Part shown: in pieces, positions 48,801-56,600 of the stretch
How positions within the stretch are numbered: the first letter of the stretch is position 1
How the letters are laid out: every line of letters begins with the position of its first letter
Virus record (IMG/VR): IMGVR_UViG_3300025645_000038
Location: 1-64,000 of that record
From: a virus
Direction: 5' to 3' (one strand)
DNA: 64,000 bases
Translations under genes and position numbers: made by a program
Notes under the pieces: model-generated
Told to the model about the DNA's origin: nothing
Seen by the model: the letters and a program-made list of their open reading frames with translations, nothing else
Databases searched by the model: none

Positions 48801-51800
48801 TAATGTTACAATGAGTGGTAGTTCTGTTGATATAAGAACATCACAATTTTTCTTAGGTAGTAATAGTCAGTTTGTAAGTGGTAGTAACAACAACATAGAA
48901 ATAAGTTCTTCAGCTTTTCACCTAAACCCATCTAATAATACTATGACTATTAGTGGTTCGATAACTGCTACAGATGGTAACATAGGTGGTTTCACAATAG
49001 ACTCCGATGAGATAAAGAGCACGGCTTTAGCTGGAGAAACAGTGAACTATACTGTTACTAATAATGGTTCAAGTAATTACCTTATAGATGGTGTGTCCAA
49101 ACCAGCTCTAACATTCTTAGTCGGTAACACATATGTGTTTACTATGGATAGTGGAGTGATGAGTGCTCATCCATTTAGAATTGGAACATCTGCTAATGGT
49201 AGTGCTATAACCGATGGTGTGACTGTAACAAGCACATCACTAACTATCGTGGTTAGTGCTAGTACACCAACATCACTTTACTATTTCTGTACTGCTCATA
49301 GTGGTATGGGTAATTCCATAACAGTTAATGCTGGTATACCAAAACTTTTGCTAAATGGTGAGTTAGGTCAGATTACTGCTTCAGCAGCTAAAATTACAGG
49401 TGATATAGTTGCTAATACGATTACAGCGAATACTGCTGGTACTATCGGTCAATTTACGTTAGACTCCGTAGGACTAAAAAGTTCAGATGGGGCATTAGTA
49501 CTCTCCGGTTCAGGTCAGATAACTGCTTCAGCCGCACAGATAACTGGTAAAGTTACCGCAACTAGCGGAGTTATCGGTGGGTGGACTGTTGGTTCTACTT
49601 TATCTGCTACAAATATTTTATTAGATCCTGCTACACCAAAAATTACTTTGGGTAGTAAGGGAACATTAACTGATAGCAATACGGGATTTTATGCAGGAAC
49701 TGATGGAATTGCATTGGGTGCTAGCTCGGTATTCAAAGTGACATCTGCTGGTGCTTTAACAGCAACTTCTGCTACTGTCACGGGCGATATAATTGCTAAC
49801 ACAATAACAGCAAACACTGCAGGAACAATAGGAAACTTTAGTTTAAACTCGGTAGGGATAAAAAGTTCTAATTCAAAACTGATTCTTTCAGCATCAGGAC
49901 AGATTACTGCATCGGATGCAAAAATTACAGGTGATATAGTTGCTGAAAATATTACAGCAAATACTGCGGGTACTATTGGTCAATTTACATTAAATTCTGT
50001 AGGATTGAAAAGTTCAGATGGCGCATTGGTTCTATCTGGTTCAGGTCAAATAACAGCATCAGCCGCAAAAATAAGTGGTGATATAACGATTACAGGAGGT
50101 TCTTTAGCCGGAGTAACTGCTGATACAATTAGTGGTTCTGTTGATGCAGTATCATCATCATTAGCTGGTAGACAAACTCCATTCGAAACACAAGTTGTTT
50201 TAAGTAGTGGTGGAATGTCACTTAATAAAAATGATGGTACAAGTTTAGCTGAGTATGGAGCGATAACAAGAATTGGTTTAGCAGCACAAGAACACATATC
50301 TGCTAGTTCAGCTGGTATAACTATTAAGGATGGTTCTACAGTAAGAGGAACATTTGTAGCTGGTGGGGTGACAATAGGAAATACCTCACAAGGTCATGTT
50401 TCAATGTCAACCGCTGATGTAAGTATTAAAAAAGATGCGAATAATTTTGCTAAAATAGATTCTGATAGTTTTGATATTGTTCTTAATGGACAAACAACTG
50501 CTTCATTTGGGGGAACTACTACAATCGGTTCTACTGTTGGTAGACATTTGAAACTTACAGGTCCTGCTTTAGAAATAAAGACAGATGCAAACACAACCGC
50601 TCTATCAGCATCAGCTGCTGGTTTAGAGATGAGTGGTAAGGTAGTAGCTACTGAAGGTGAAATAGGTGGATTCAATGTTAGTGGCTCAAGATTATTATCT
50701 ACAAAAATTGGAGTAGGTGATGGTGGTGCTACAGTATCAAGTTCTGTATTCATGACGCCATCAATCGGATCAAATGCACCTTTGCCTGCTATGGGATTAC
50801 ATGCTAAAAGTGGTTCACTAGGTTCCGGATTTTCTATATTTGCAAAAAATAGTTCCACCCAAGCTGGTTTGGATATTAACATAGGTGAGGTTAGTGGATT
50901 TGGTGTTGCTTTAGCAGATGCATCATCAAGAGGACTAAGAATTATCAACATAAAAAATCCATCAAATGATTCTGACGAGCTTGCAATAATCGGTAACGGT
51001 GGTGTTTATAATAGTTCATTTACCAGCACAAACACTAAATCTGGTTTTAGGTTTGTTGCAACAGATGATGTAGTAACGTTTCAAGTAGGTAAAGCAGATG
51101 GTGCACATCTAAAATTCTCATCAGCTGATAACCTGATGTACATAAGTTCATCTAACTTTTTCTTAGGTAATTCCTCAACTAATTTTATTAGTGGTTCAAA
51201 TGGAAACATAGAAATAAGTTCTTCTAACTTTCATTTATCACCATTGGGTAATCTAACCGCTTCAAACGCAAACTTTGAAACTGTAACTATTCGTGGTGGT
51301 ACTGCTGCTAACGATGTTTCTTCAGACTCAAATCAATCTTTTGTAGGTGGTGGAACTTTTAATTTAATACAACAATCAAGCTTTAACTCTGTTATCGGTG
51401 CTGGTGCACACAACCTTATAAACCTTGGTTCAGATTTCTCATCAATACTATCAGGAGTTTCTTGTTCTATAGATTCACATAGCGATAGGTCTTTTATAGG
51501 TGCTGGTAGTGGAAGTAAAATTATTTCTTCTTCTAATCAATCATTCTTAGGAGCTGGTGCAGCTAACACTATAAAGTTTGCTTCCTCTTCATTCATAGGT
51601 GCTGGTATAAATAATAGTATAGTTGGAGATCCCTCTCTAACACCTAATGATGTAAGAGTTGGTGATTTTCCACAAGATGATTTTTCTGCTAAAGAATCTG
51701 TTATTGTTGCTGGTAGTAATAATAAAATTACATTAGCATACCAATCTTTTATAGGCAGTGGTCAAAACAATGTAATAAGCGGTTCTGTTGGAACTATTAA

Positions 51801-53616
51801 TACCGGATTTGGTATCTATCTCGATGATTTACCTTTTTTAAGTAGTATTGTGGGTGGTTTGGATAATGAGATAAAAAATCTTCAATATGGTTCTTTTATA
51901 GGTGGTGGTCAGTTAAATAAAATAAAACATACAGCAGCTGTAACTAATATAGGACAGGCAGGACTTTTCAATAGTATTGTTGGTGGCCAGTATAACGAAA
52001 TTACAAGTAATAACTCTGTTGGATCTTTTGCGGGTTGGAATTTTATTGGTGGTGGTAGTACAAACAAAATATCAGGTAGTGCATATTCTCTTATCGGTGG
52101 TGGTAATGTAAATATTATACATAGTAATGTTAATTATTCTACAATAGTTGGTGGAAGAACTAATGTGATTGGAAGTAGCACATCACAACCAGATTACTCT
52201 TTTATAGGTGGTGGATATCAAAATGAAATAACAGGAGATGAAGGAGATTATAATGTTGTAGTTGGTGGTGAAGATAATACAATAACAGGTACTGGTAATT
52301 CGAATTTTATAGGCAGTGGTGAAGATAATGTAATATCCAGTACTGGAAACTATAATGCTATTTTAGGTGGTGAAGCTAACACAATCGGTAGTAGTTACAC
52401 AGACACCTTTATCATAGGAAGTGGGATAACTGCAAATGCAAGTAATACAACTTTTGTTGAAGGTTTGAATGCTAGTGGTAATATAATCGTAGGTGGTACT
52501 GTAGATGGTATCAATATAGCTGATAGTTTAAACCAAGCAGTTAAGACAACATCCTCACCAACATTTGCTGCTGTAACTATAACTGGTGATATAGATTTAA
52601 ATGGAAACCTTGTAGGTGATGATGCTACCGATATAACAAACATTGAGTCTATATATGCAGACCACTTACGTTCAGATGCTGATGGTGCAAACAACTATAT
52701 TAATTTAGATGATAATGATTTTTCTTTTATTATTAACGGAAATGAAGTAGCATCATTTGAAGATAATACGATTAATTTAAACGATGGTGGAAATAATGTA
52801 GATGTTAGGATGGAAGCACAATCTGGTCAAGGTGGTGCATTTAGTAAGGCAAACTTATTTCATCTCGATGCCAGTTTAGGTATAGTTTGTATCGGTAACA
52901 CACCACAAAGTACAGACGCATCAAGACTTTTTCAAGTAACAGGTAATAGTGCTACAGACATCGTTAGGATATTTAACGATGGTAATAATGAAAATCGAAG
53001 TGGTATGCAACTAAGACTTGGTACTGATAATGGTACTGGTACAAATGAGTACATTATGTTTAGACGAGGTGATGAAACAGCAATTGGGTTAATTAGTGCT
53101 ACTAGTGGTGTTGTATCTTATGGAACATTTACAGGTGTTCACAATGCTAGTATTTTAGAATCAGATTCAGCATCAGCAAATGTTATTACTGGAATGCCAT
53201 CATCAAGTCAATATCACGAATACCCACAAGGAACTGTGGTTTCAATGGTAAGTTCTAGTTATGATGGTTCACTACAGCCAGTAAGTTTTGTAGTATCCTC
53301 ATCAGCTTATCAAGACAAAAGAGCATTTGGAGTTTATTTAGGTAGCCACAATTGGGATGATGACCAAAAAAGTCACGCTATAGATAAACACCTTATAATG
53401 TCTGTTGGTGATGGTTATGTAATGGTATGTAATCAAAATGGTAATATAGAGACAGGAGATTACATAACAACTGCATCTGGTTCAGGTGGATATGGATGTA
53501 AACAAAGCGATGATTTACTACACAACTATACAGTAGCAAAAGCATGTGATTCTGTGGATTGGAGTAATGAATCTACAACCTACAAACTTTTAGCTTGTAC
53601 ATATCATTGTGGATAA
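39865..53616 (+). CDS. giant repetitive tail fibre / receptor-binding protein (4583 aa)
   Basis: Nine F(I/V)SGS-x3-IEISSS-x-FHL repeats, many GQITAS/G-x-IGGF-x-I repeats, two cupredoxin-like inserts, SFIGGG-x2-N beta-roll, C-terminal FTGVH...IETGDYITT chaperone-like domain. Confidence 0.8.
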   Translation: MAIVKRFNRLLGLEKIDVLVDEKDKSRHIIISDMPESLPQGKSSFLIEVSPYMRKGIELQIDFIDSKGNSIYVEPVSNYLEGTSRTVSVEVYNTVAPGVATMIIVGELESIPLDAGNFSDTQEVPDDFKGVYNVRLTKEVIINTAEINVQPIKFYSSPRLTATEKRFGSMEREVVSGETTSSAFSIIGRPTQQEEFSIFESRESEIDSLGAGVTDIDGVPRPPDGDIKGDEADKERQKRHIKKKSIRASSRFKRSKRIRRRRSPEEYPYVFTINDSNHEFTTEEIGGEIKFSNIKNVYDTNQLDEAGLDSSVSFNVVSDTNDENFPTHYTASIAKLENNKSAYVNTPFTKQDKNGNYRLLPMEATGKVHYTKEPSASYSITNIVSYADVTLSHLRTFSGELFKAKVYVKAEGSFDDYKLLAEVPIESPELMINNNSVGIGERTGYFVSDTDLNTYWEKFGGTNGLSTATATSTASFDNSGSLDSAMVSGSISSFTDQIRFQQKDAYKFNLTKGIDYDLSFNAVGEKGTDGRALLMVYVSGSSLNQSNELHHDEKEGLDITEPSQYGKRMGVLEIEAGDNVKKEFGLIRHNFNSNSTGDAKVQFRIISGKWNLSDISVVPSTDTGFSPSFVNFKQELPPELIHKRPETLEFLTEFYDINNNLADEIAVTTGSVFTGANIVITGDDNVLSHNLFIGGDTTGSGIHMGGTSSTLPDDNYSEGATGSGFIRSLGYLGFESASNAALGGKKGFMIYSGSVLPNSGEDYKGVGLELVGASGSLKFRTSPSVFDVQADSFFVGKTTSQFISGSGEKIEISSSNFHLDNAGNVDMTGTITAQAGNIGGFNIEDSKLTAGIGNSAVTMSGADQLFRFGSGSQFDTTAVDGILFGKDTDGKYKFAVGKGDSYIVFDGTAVNIRSEDINVTASVFSIDVDVFKLSSNNLFISSSDGGFISAGNPRPSGITGTSKGIFINGRDPSDTKPKFLVGAADGNRISFDGDNIFMSSSGFFLGSSAQFVSGSDGNIEISSSNFHLDNSGNVIMSGKVTANEGSIGGFNITNDALSSANFLISGSSTGNNFFISSSNFNVKASGDVTASALDLTGGSVGGLTVTEGQIAVGSVLKLKDSGQITGSSVLFTGGKIGGFTIDADEIKSTNVLIDSANEKITLGSANAIKLQGGGTDNFIAMGSKSTFSNEGTGTAGIIIGMDGTNPQAEFVKNSTNYFIFDDGIDIQTDTLVASGSSITLETPKFFLGKKSTQFVSGSNGNIEISSSQFHLTKEGNVTGSAILLGNKGAGQFLQFVNNTLTVQGAITADSIAVPSAAPTPSSSISSGGLLTTVSASIGGFDITSAEIKDSDSNLRLKSSGQITGSKVLFNGGTIGGFTIDADEIKSGTNIALDSTNKKLTINNATFGNEGIQLEFNSGTPRLYVGDGSNEFVKYDGSSVDIRTKKLNASGSNITLETPKFFLGKKSNQFVSGSNGNIEISSSNFHLTPQGNVTMSGEITAAGGTIGGFIIGDELTSTAGTLILRGASGRITASNALITGDINANTITANTAGTIANFNINSTEIASSNNKLRLKANGQITASEAQITGKITATSGQIAGFTINGTKLQQGTSFNLDGNASADFFISSSDFQVTPSGDVSGSKVLFTGGTIGGWTLTSDRLNSLDDNFRISSAGSITIKNHSFGQSGFQVIENSGTTQFYVGNGSTRFIKFDGSNVDIGTEKLTASGSSINLGAPSFRLGSASNFISGSGGSLVIQNTGTTILSGSNVRIETPRFFFGKASSQFISGSDEKIEISSSKFHLKNNGDVIMNNITASNANVSGKMTATSGEIGGFTIGDDLSNSAGSTLKLKGSSGQITASAAQITGDITANTITANTAGTIANFQINSTEIKSANQNLRLKANGQITASAAQITGKITATSGQIAGFSISGNTLTATNFTLDASGKRITLGTGNNIFIADGDEGIQLGHATFASAPFSVTKAGLVKATSGTIGGWTLSGTQISSNNLIMDSAGVIQTSDYASNTKGWRLSPANGGEAEFQNVKIRGTLSTAVFEKETVNAVGGQLYIANSTAITGSATIAATAATMSVANVGGFVANEVLSAKKVSATGFATEYMLVQSASRDFPSSETDFRGKLFVVRGYNSGSTGDSGSLGDVANTSQSFEPGQVIVSTGKIGTGFIRLNANPNDVTTPYIDIVERTGSGVYDVDLKARLGDLSGLSSGLLYGNASPGFGLFTENVFLQGAITATTGSFTGKVHVGTTNGIVIDGNAKKLFQGTGTHNNQNTGFYMDSTGKFSLGDKLVWDSSTETLTITGTINITDGSGFATAASVSGSFPSATSVSASLNASSSALQTNINAVEANVSGAFTSTSASIATKIMTDASGKIVQTPSTSGLSGLILKSTHLGFASSGTFKAFIGNTGNFLFKNDDDNLISFGQSTSVGDGTTTSNLVIKAANAYLSGSSINLLTSRFFFGDSSNFISGSGGNLKIFSTGETTLSGSSVTIETPKFFLGKKGSQFVSGSNNQIEISSSKFHLNNDGNVIMNQITASDANVSGKITADSIVANTTGSIAGFTINSEEIRSSNNNLRLKASGNLTASNYLFNGNGVITGSVTIGTSATILGSLSAGSIATPSSGPPFKSEINSQGFARFTSASIAGWDIDSTSIASVDDKVIIDSSNKRITINNTSFGSAGIQLDYNSGTPRFFAGSATKFVKFDGSNVDIVTEKLTASGSSINLGAPSFKLGSSSNFISGSGGDLVIQTTGTTTLSGSAINIQTPKFYLGQGTSQFISGSDGNIEISSSAFHLDPANNTMVISGSITATTGKIGGMLLENNKLKSQYGDGSVITKIVTVEGSSKYYIDGVQQPTLELKVGNTYRFDNSHSSNGAHPFRFATSADGTQYNTGVSVVGTQGSGGTAYVQITVTADTPTTLYYKCTAHGSMGGQLNIVTIGTLELNGVNGQITGSKVLFEGGKISGSNLEINVPNVTMSGSSVDIRTSQFFLGSNSQFVSGSNNNIEISSSAFHLNPSNNTMTISGSITATDGNIGGFTIDSDEIKSTALAGETVNYTVTNNGSSNYLIDGVSKPALTFLVGNTYVFTMDSGVMSAHPFRIGTSANGSAITDGVTVTSTSLTIVVSASTPTSLYYFCTAHSGMGNSITVNAGIPKLLLNGELGQITASAAKITGDIVANTITANTAGTIGQFTLDSVGLKSSDGALVLSGSGQITASAAQITGKVTATSGVIGGWTVGSTLSATNILLDPATPKITLGSKGTLTDSNTGFYAGTDGIALGASSVFKVTSAGALTATSATVTGDIIANTITANTAGTIGNFSLNSVGIKSSNSKLILSASGQITASDAKITGDIVAENITANTAGTIGQFTLNSVGLKSSDGALVLSGSGQITASAAKISGDITITGGSLAGVTADTISGSVDAVSSSLAGRQTPFETQVVLSSGGMSLNKNDGTSLAEYGAITRIGLAAQEHISASSAGITIKDGSTVRGTFVAGGVTIGNTSQGHVSMSTADVSIKKDANNFAKIDSDSFDIVLNGQTTASFGGTTTIGSTVGRHLKLTGPALEIKTDANTTALSASAAGLEMSGKVVATEGEIGGFNVSGSRLLSTKIGVGDGGATVSSSVFMTPSIGSNAPLPAMGLHAKSGSLGSGFSIFAKNSSTQAGLDINIGEVSGFGVALADASSRGLRIINIKNPSNDSDELAIIGNGGVYNSSFTSTNTKSGFRFVATDDVVTFQVGKADGAHLKFSSADNLMYISSSNFFLGNSSTNFISGSNGNIEISSSNFHLSPLGNLTASNANFETVTIRGGTAANDVSSDSNQSFVGGGTFNLIQQSSFNSVIGAGAHNLINLGSDFSSILSGVSCSIDSHSDRSFIGAGSGSKIISSSNQSFLGAGAANTIKFASSSFIGAGINNSIVGDPSLTPNDVRVGDFPQDDFSAKESVIVAGSNNKITLAYQSFIGSGQNNVISGSVGTINTGFGIYLDDLPFLSSIVGGLDNEIKNLQYGSFIGGGQLNKIKHTAAVTNIGQAGLFNSIVGGQYNEITSNNSVGSFAGWNFIGGGSTNKISGSAYSLIGGGNVNIIHSNVNYSTIVGGRTNVIGSSTSQPDYSFIGGGYQNEITGDEGDYNVVVGGEDNTITGTGNSNFIGSGEDNVISSTGNYNAILGGEANTIGSSYTDTFIIGSGITANASNTTFVEGLNASGNIIVGGTVDGINIADSLNQAVKTTSSPTFAAVTITGDIDLNGNLVGDDATDITNIESIYADHLRSDADGANNYINLDDNDFSFIINGNEVASFEDNTINLNDGGNNVDVRMEAQSGQGGAFSKANLFHLDASLGIVCIGNTPQSTDASRLFQVTGNSATDIVRIFNDGNNENRSGMQLRLGTDNGTGTNEYIMFRRGDETAIGLISATSGVVSYGTFTGVHNASILESDSASANVITGMPSSSQYHEYPQGTVVSMVSSSYDGSLQPVSFVVSSSAYQDKRAFGVYLGSHNWDDDQKSHAIDKHLIMSVGDGYVMVCNQNGNIETGDYITTASGSGGYGCKQSDDLLHNYTVAKACDSVDWSNESTTYKLLACTYHCG

Positions 53617-53628
53617 TTGATAAACCTT

Positions 53629-53636
53629 ATATTTAT
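53629..53636 (+). promoter_or_regulatory. putative late promoter ATATTTAT
   Basis: Intergenic ATATTTATATATGAA, as at 31317 and 61930. Confidence 0.6.
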
Positions 53637-53660
53637 ATATGAATAAGAACATAGGAAATT

Positions 53661-56600
53661 ATGGATAAACTTACAGAATTTTTAACAAAACCATTTCTAA
53701 ACGAAGGAGCTAGAGATCCTGGCATCTTCAAAGCTATCTTTTTAGCTGGAGGACCTGGCAGCGGTAAATCATTTGTAGCACAAAAGTTATTCGGTATACC
53801 TGAAAAGATAAACGTATCTAAGACAGGTTTAAAGATGGTAAATCAAGATAGTGAACTTGAACTTTTGTTAAAAAAGTATTTTGGAACAACAGATATAGAC
53901 AATATGCCTGATGAGTTATTTGCTGATTTGACTGGTGTAGATAAAAAAGGTAAACCTGTAGATTATGATACAAGTGGATTAAGAAAGTTTGCTAAGTCAT
54001 TAAGTAAAGAAAGATTGAGATTATACACCAATGGAAAATTAGGTGTTATTATAGATGGTACAGGACACAACTTTAGTAAAATTAAAAAAAGAAGAAAAGA
54101 TTTGATGGATATGGGTTACGATACCTATATGGTTTTCGTAAATACCTCATTAAAGATTGCTAGGGAACGAAACGAAAAGAGAGATAGGGTTGTACCAGAT
54201 GCTATCGTTGAAAAAAGTTGGGAAGATGTTCAAGGTAATTTGGGTGCCTTTCAAGGTTTGTTCGGTGGTTCTAACTTTATGATTGTTCAGAATAATAAGA
54301 TGTTATCAGATTCTCAAATAACTAAACATTTTAAGATGTTGGTTAGCAAGGGTATAGATTCATTTTTAAAGAAACCGATTAAAAGTAAAGTTGGTAAAGC
54401 TTGGTTACGAAGAGAAAAGAAACATCAAAAGGTATTTAAAGATCCAGGCCAATCTAAGTTTTTTGAATCCATAAAAGTTCCTGTTGATATCGGTGATACA
54501 GTTCTTATGGGTAGATTTAAAAATAAAAAGGTAGTTGTTAAGTCTATCGATTATAATGAAAAGGGAGACTTACTTATCAATGGTAGAACTGCTTTAAAAT
54601 TTAGAATAATGAAGAAGGATACAAACGAAGAGTTTGGTGCACCTGCTGGTACATTACCATCACCAAGTCGTAAGATGGTAAAGAAGATGAAGAGAAAAGG
54701 TAACACTTCAGTTCCTTATGGTAGTGGTTATAAGAAAGTAAATGAAAATGATAAAGCTGAGTTATACAAATTGTATAGTATGGGTATGAAAGCATTTACT
54801 GGTAGTGCTAAACATAAAGAAATACTAAAGAAGATAAAAGTTTTAAGAAAAAAATTAGGAATGAATGAAGCTCAAAAGACTGTAACAGATAAAGTTTTTG
54901 ATAAGAAAAGAGAATCTGGTGCTTGGACAGTCATAGGACATATAAAAAAGAAAGGTAAATCTACCTTTCATGTTAGAGACGAAAAGACAAAGAAAAGATT
55001 TGATGTCAAATTGATGGAACAGAAACAAATCAAAAAAACTATCGGTGTATTTGGTGGAAGATTTCAACCATTTCATAGTGGGCATTTAGCCACATACAAT
55101 TGGTTAAAAACGCAGGTAGATGAGGTTTACATAACAACATCTAACATCAAACAACCACCAAGACATCCAATGGACTTTAAGGAAAAGGTTCGTCACATGA
55201 CAAAGATGGGTATAAAGAAGAATAGAATCATACAGGAGAAAACTCCGTATGTAGCAGTTAACCTATTGAAAAAATTTAATCCAGACACAACCGCTGTGGT
55301 TTATGCATTTGGGAAAAAAGATGCCGGTCGCCTCAAAGGTGGAACTAAGAAGAGTGGTGGTAAGACTTACTATCAAGACTATAAGAAGAATAAAAACAAC
55401 TTAGAAGGTTTTGAAACACATGGTTACTATATCACCGCTCCACAGTTCGGTTCGGTTAGTGGAACACAGATGAGAAAACTTTTAGGTGACCCGAAGATTG
55501 ATGATAGTGAAAGAGAGAAAGCATTCAAAAAAGTATTTGGATACTATGATAAAGGTATCTACAATATGATGACTAATAAGTTTAAAAAGTTATTTGAGTC
55601 TTACGATTTAACAGATGAGTTAATAAAAGAATTTTTAATAGAAGCAACTGGTACAACAGGTGGAAACTTAGACGATGGTCCTTCTACATTCTATACGGAT
55701 TATCCTACATACAAAAAGACTTCTAAAGAATGGTTGGATTCTATATATTCTGATGCTGGTTGGAAAATTCTTGATTATATTTTGGATGACAATGCTAAAA
55801 ATTCTATAGAAAAAAACTATCATTCTGTCCCACTTACTTTTTTAGATCACGGACAACAAGGTGGTTCTGTAGGAGCTGTAAATAAATACAAAAATTGGAT
55901 GAGTGAAGTTGTAAAACCATTAGGTTGGCAAGTTGTGAGTTGGATGGGAACTGAAGCCGCTATTAATAATATCATTGGTAGTCTTTTTGCAGCTGGTGCT
56001 GATGGTGATGAGTACACAGAAGAAGATTTCAAACTTACTGAAAAGATAAACTTAGACAAAGAAGTTAAACTATTATTAGAAGGTGGGGCATATGGACACC
56101 TTAATCATCCGTTTGATGATAAAAATTTGACATTTTCAGATTTTAAAACACTAATTATTAATACACTACAAGGTAAACTTGATAGTGAAGGAGCAGTCAC
56201 AGAAAAAACAGATGGTCAAAATATAATGGTAAGTTGGAAGGGTGGAAAACTTATCGCCGCTAGAAACAAAGGTCACATCAAAAACCACGGTGCTGGTGCA
56301 TTAGATATCAACGGAATAAAGAATATGTTTGCTGGTAGAGGTGAGATAGAAAAAGCCTTTGTATATGCTATGAGAGATTTACAGAAAGCGGTTGGTGGTT
56401 TAAGTGATGCTCAAAAAAATAAGATATTTGATGAGGGTAAGAAGTTTATGTCTTTAGAGGTTATATATCCTAAGACAGCAAATGTGATACCTTATGATAA
56501 ATCTTTACTTCAGTTTCATGGAACCATAGAATATGATTCTGCTGGTTCTCCTATAGGTGAGGATAGAGGTAGTGCGAGAGTATTAGCTGGTATGATAAAA

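Noticed and set aside
40651-52694. Numerous minus-strand ORFs in the track (also opposite other long genes)
   Set aside because: They are antisense shadows of the biased codon usage of long plus-strand genes, with no recognisable motifs. Only 39601-39771 was kept.
39865-53616. Diversity-generating retroelement acting on the tail fibre
   Set aside because: The repeat pair I compared differs mainly at synonymous sites of all bases, not specifically at adenines. No reverse transcriptase or non-coding template repeat is in the window.
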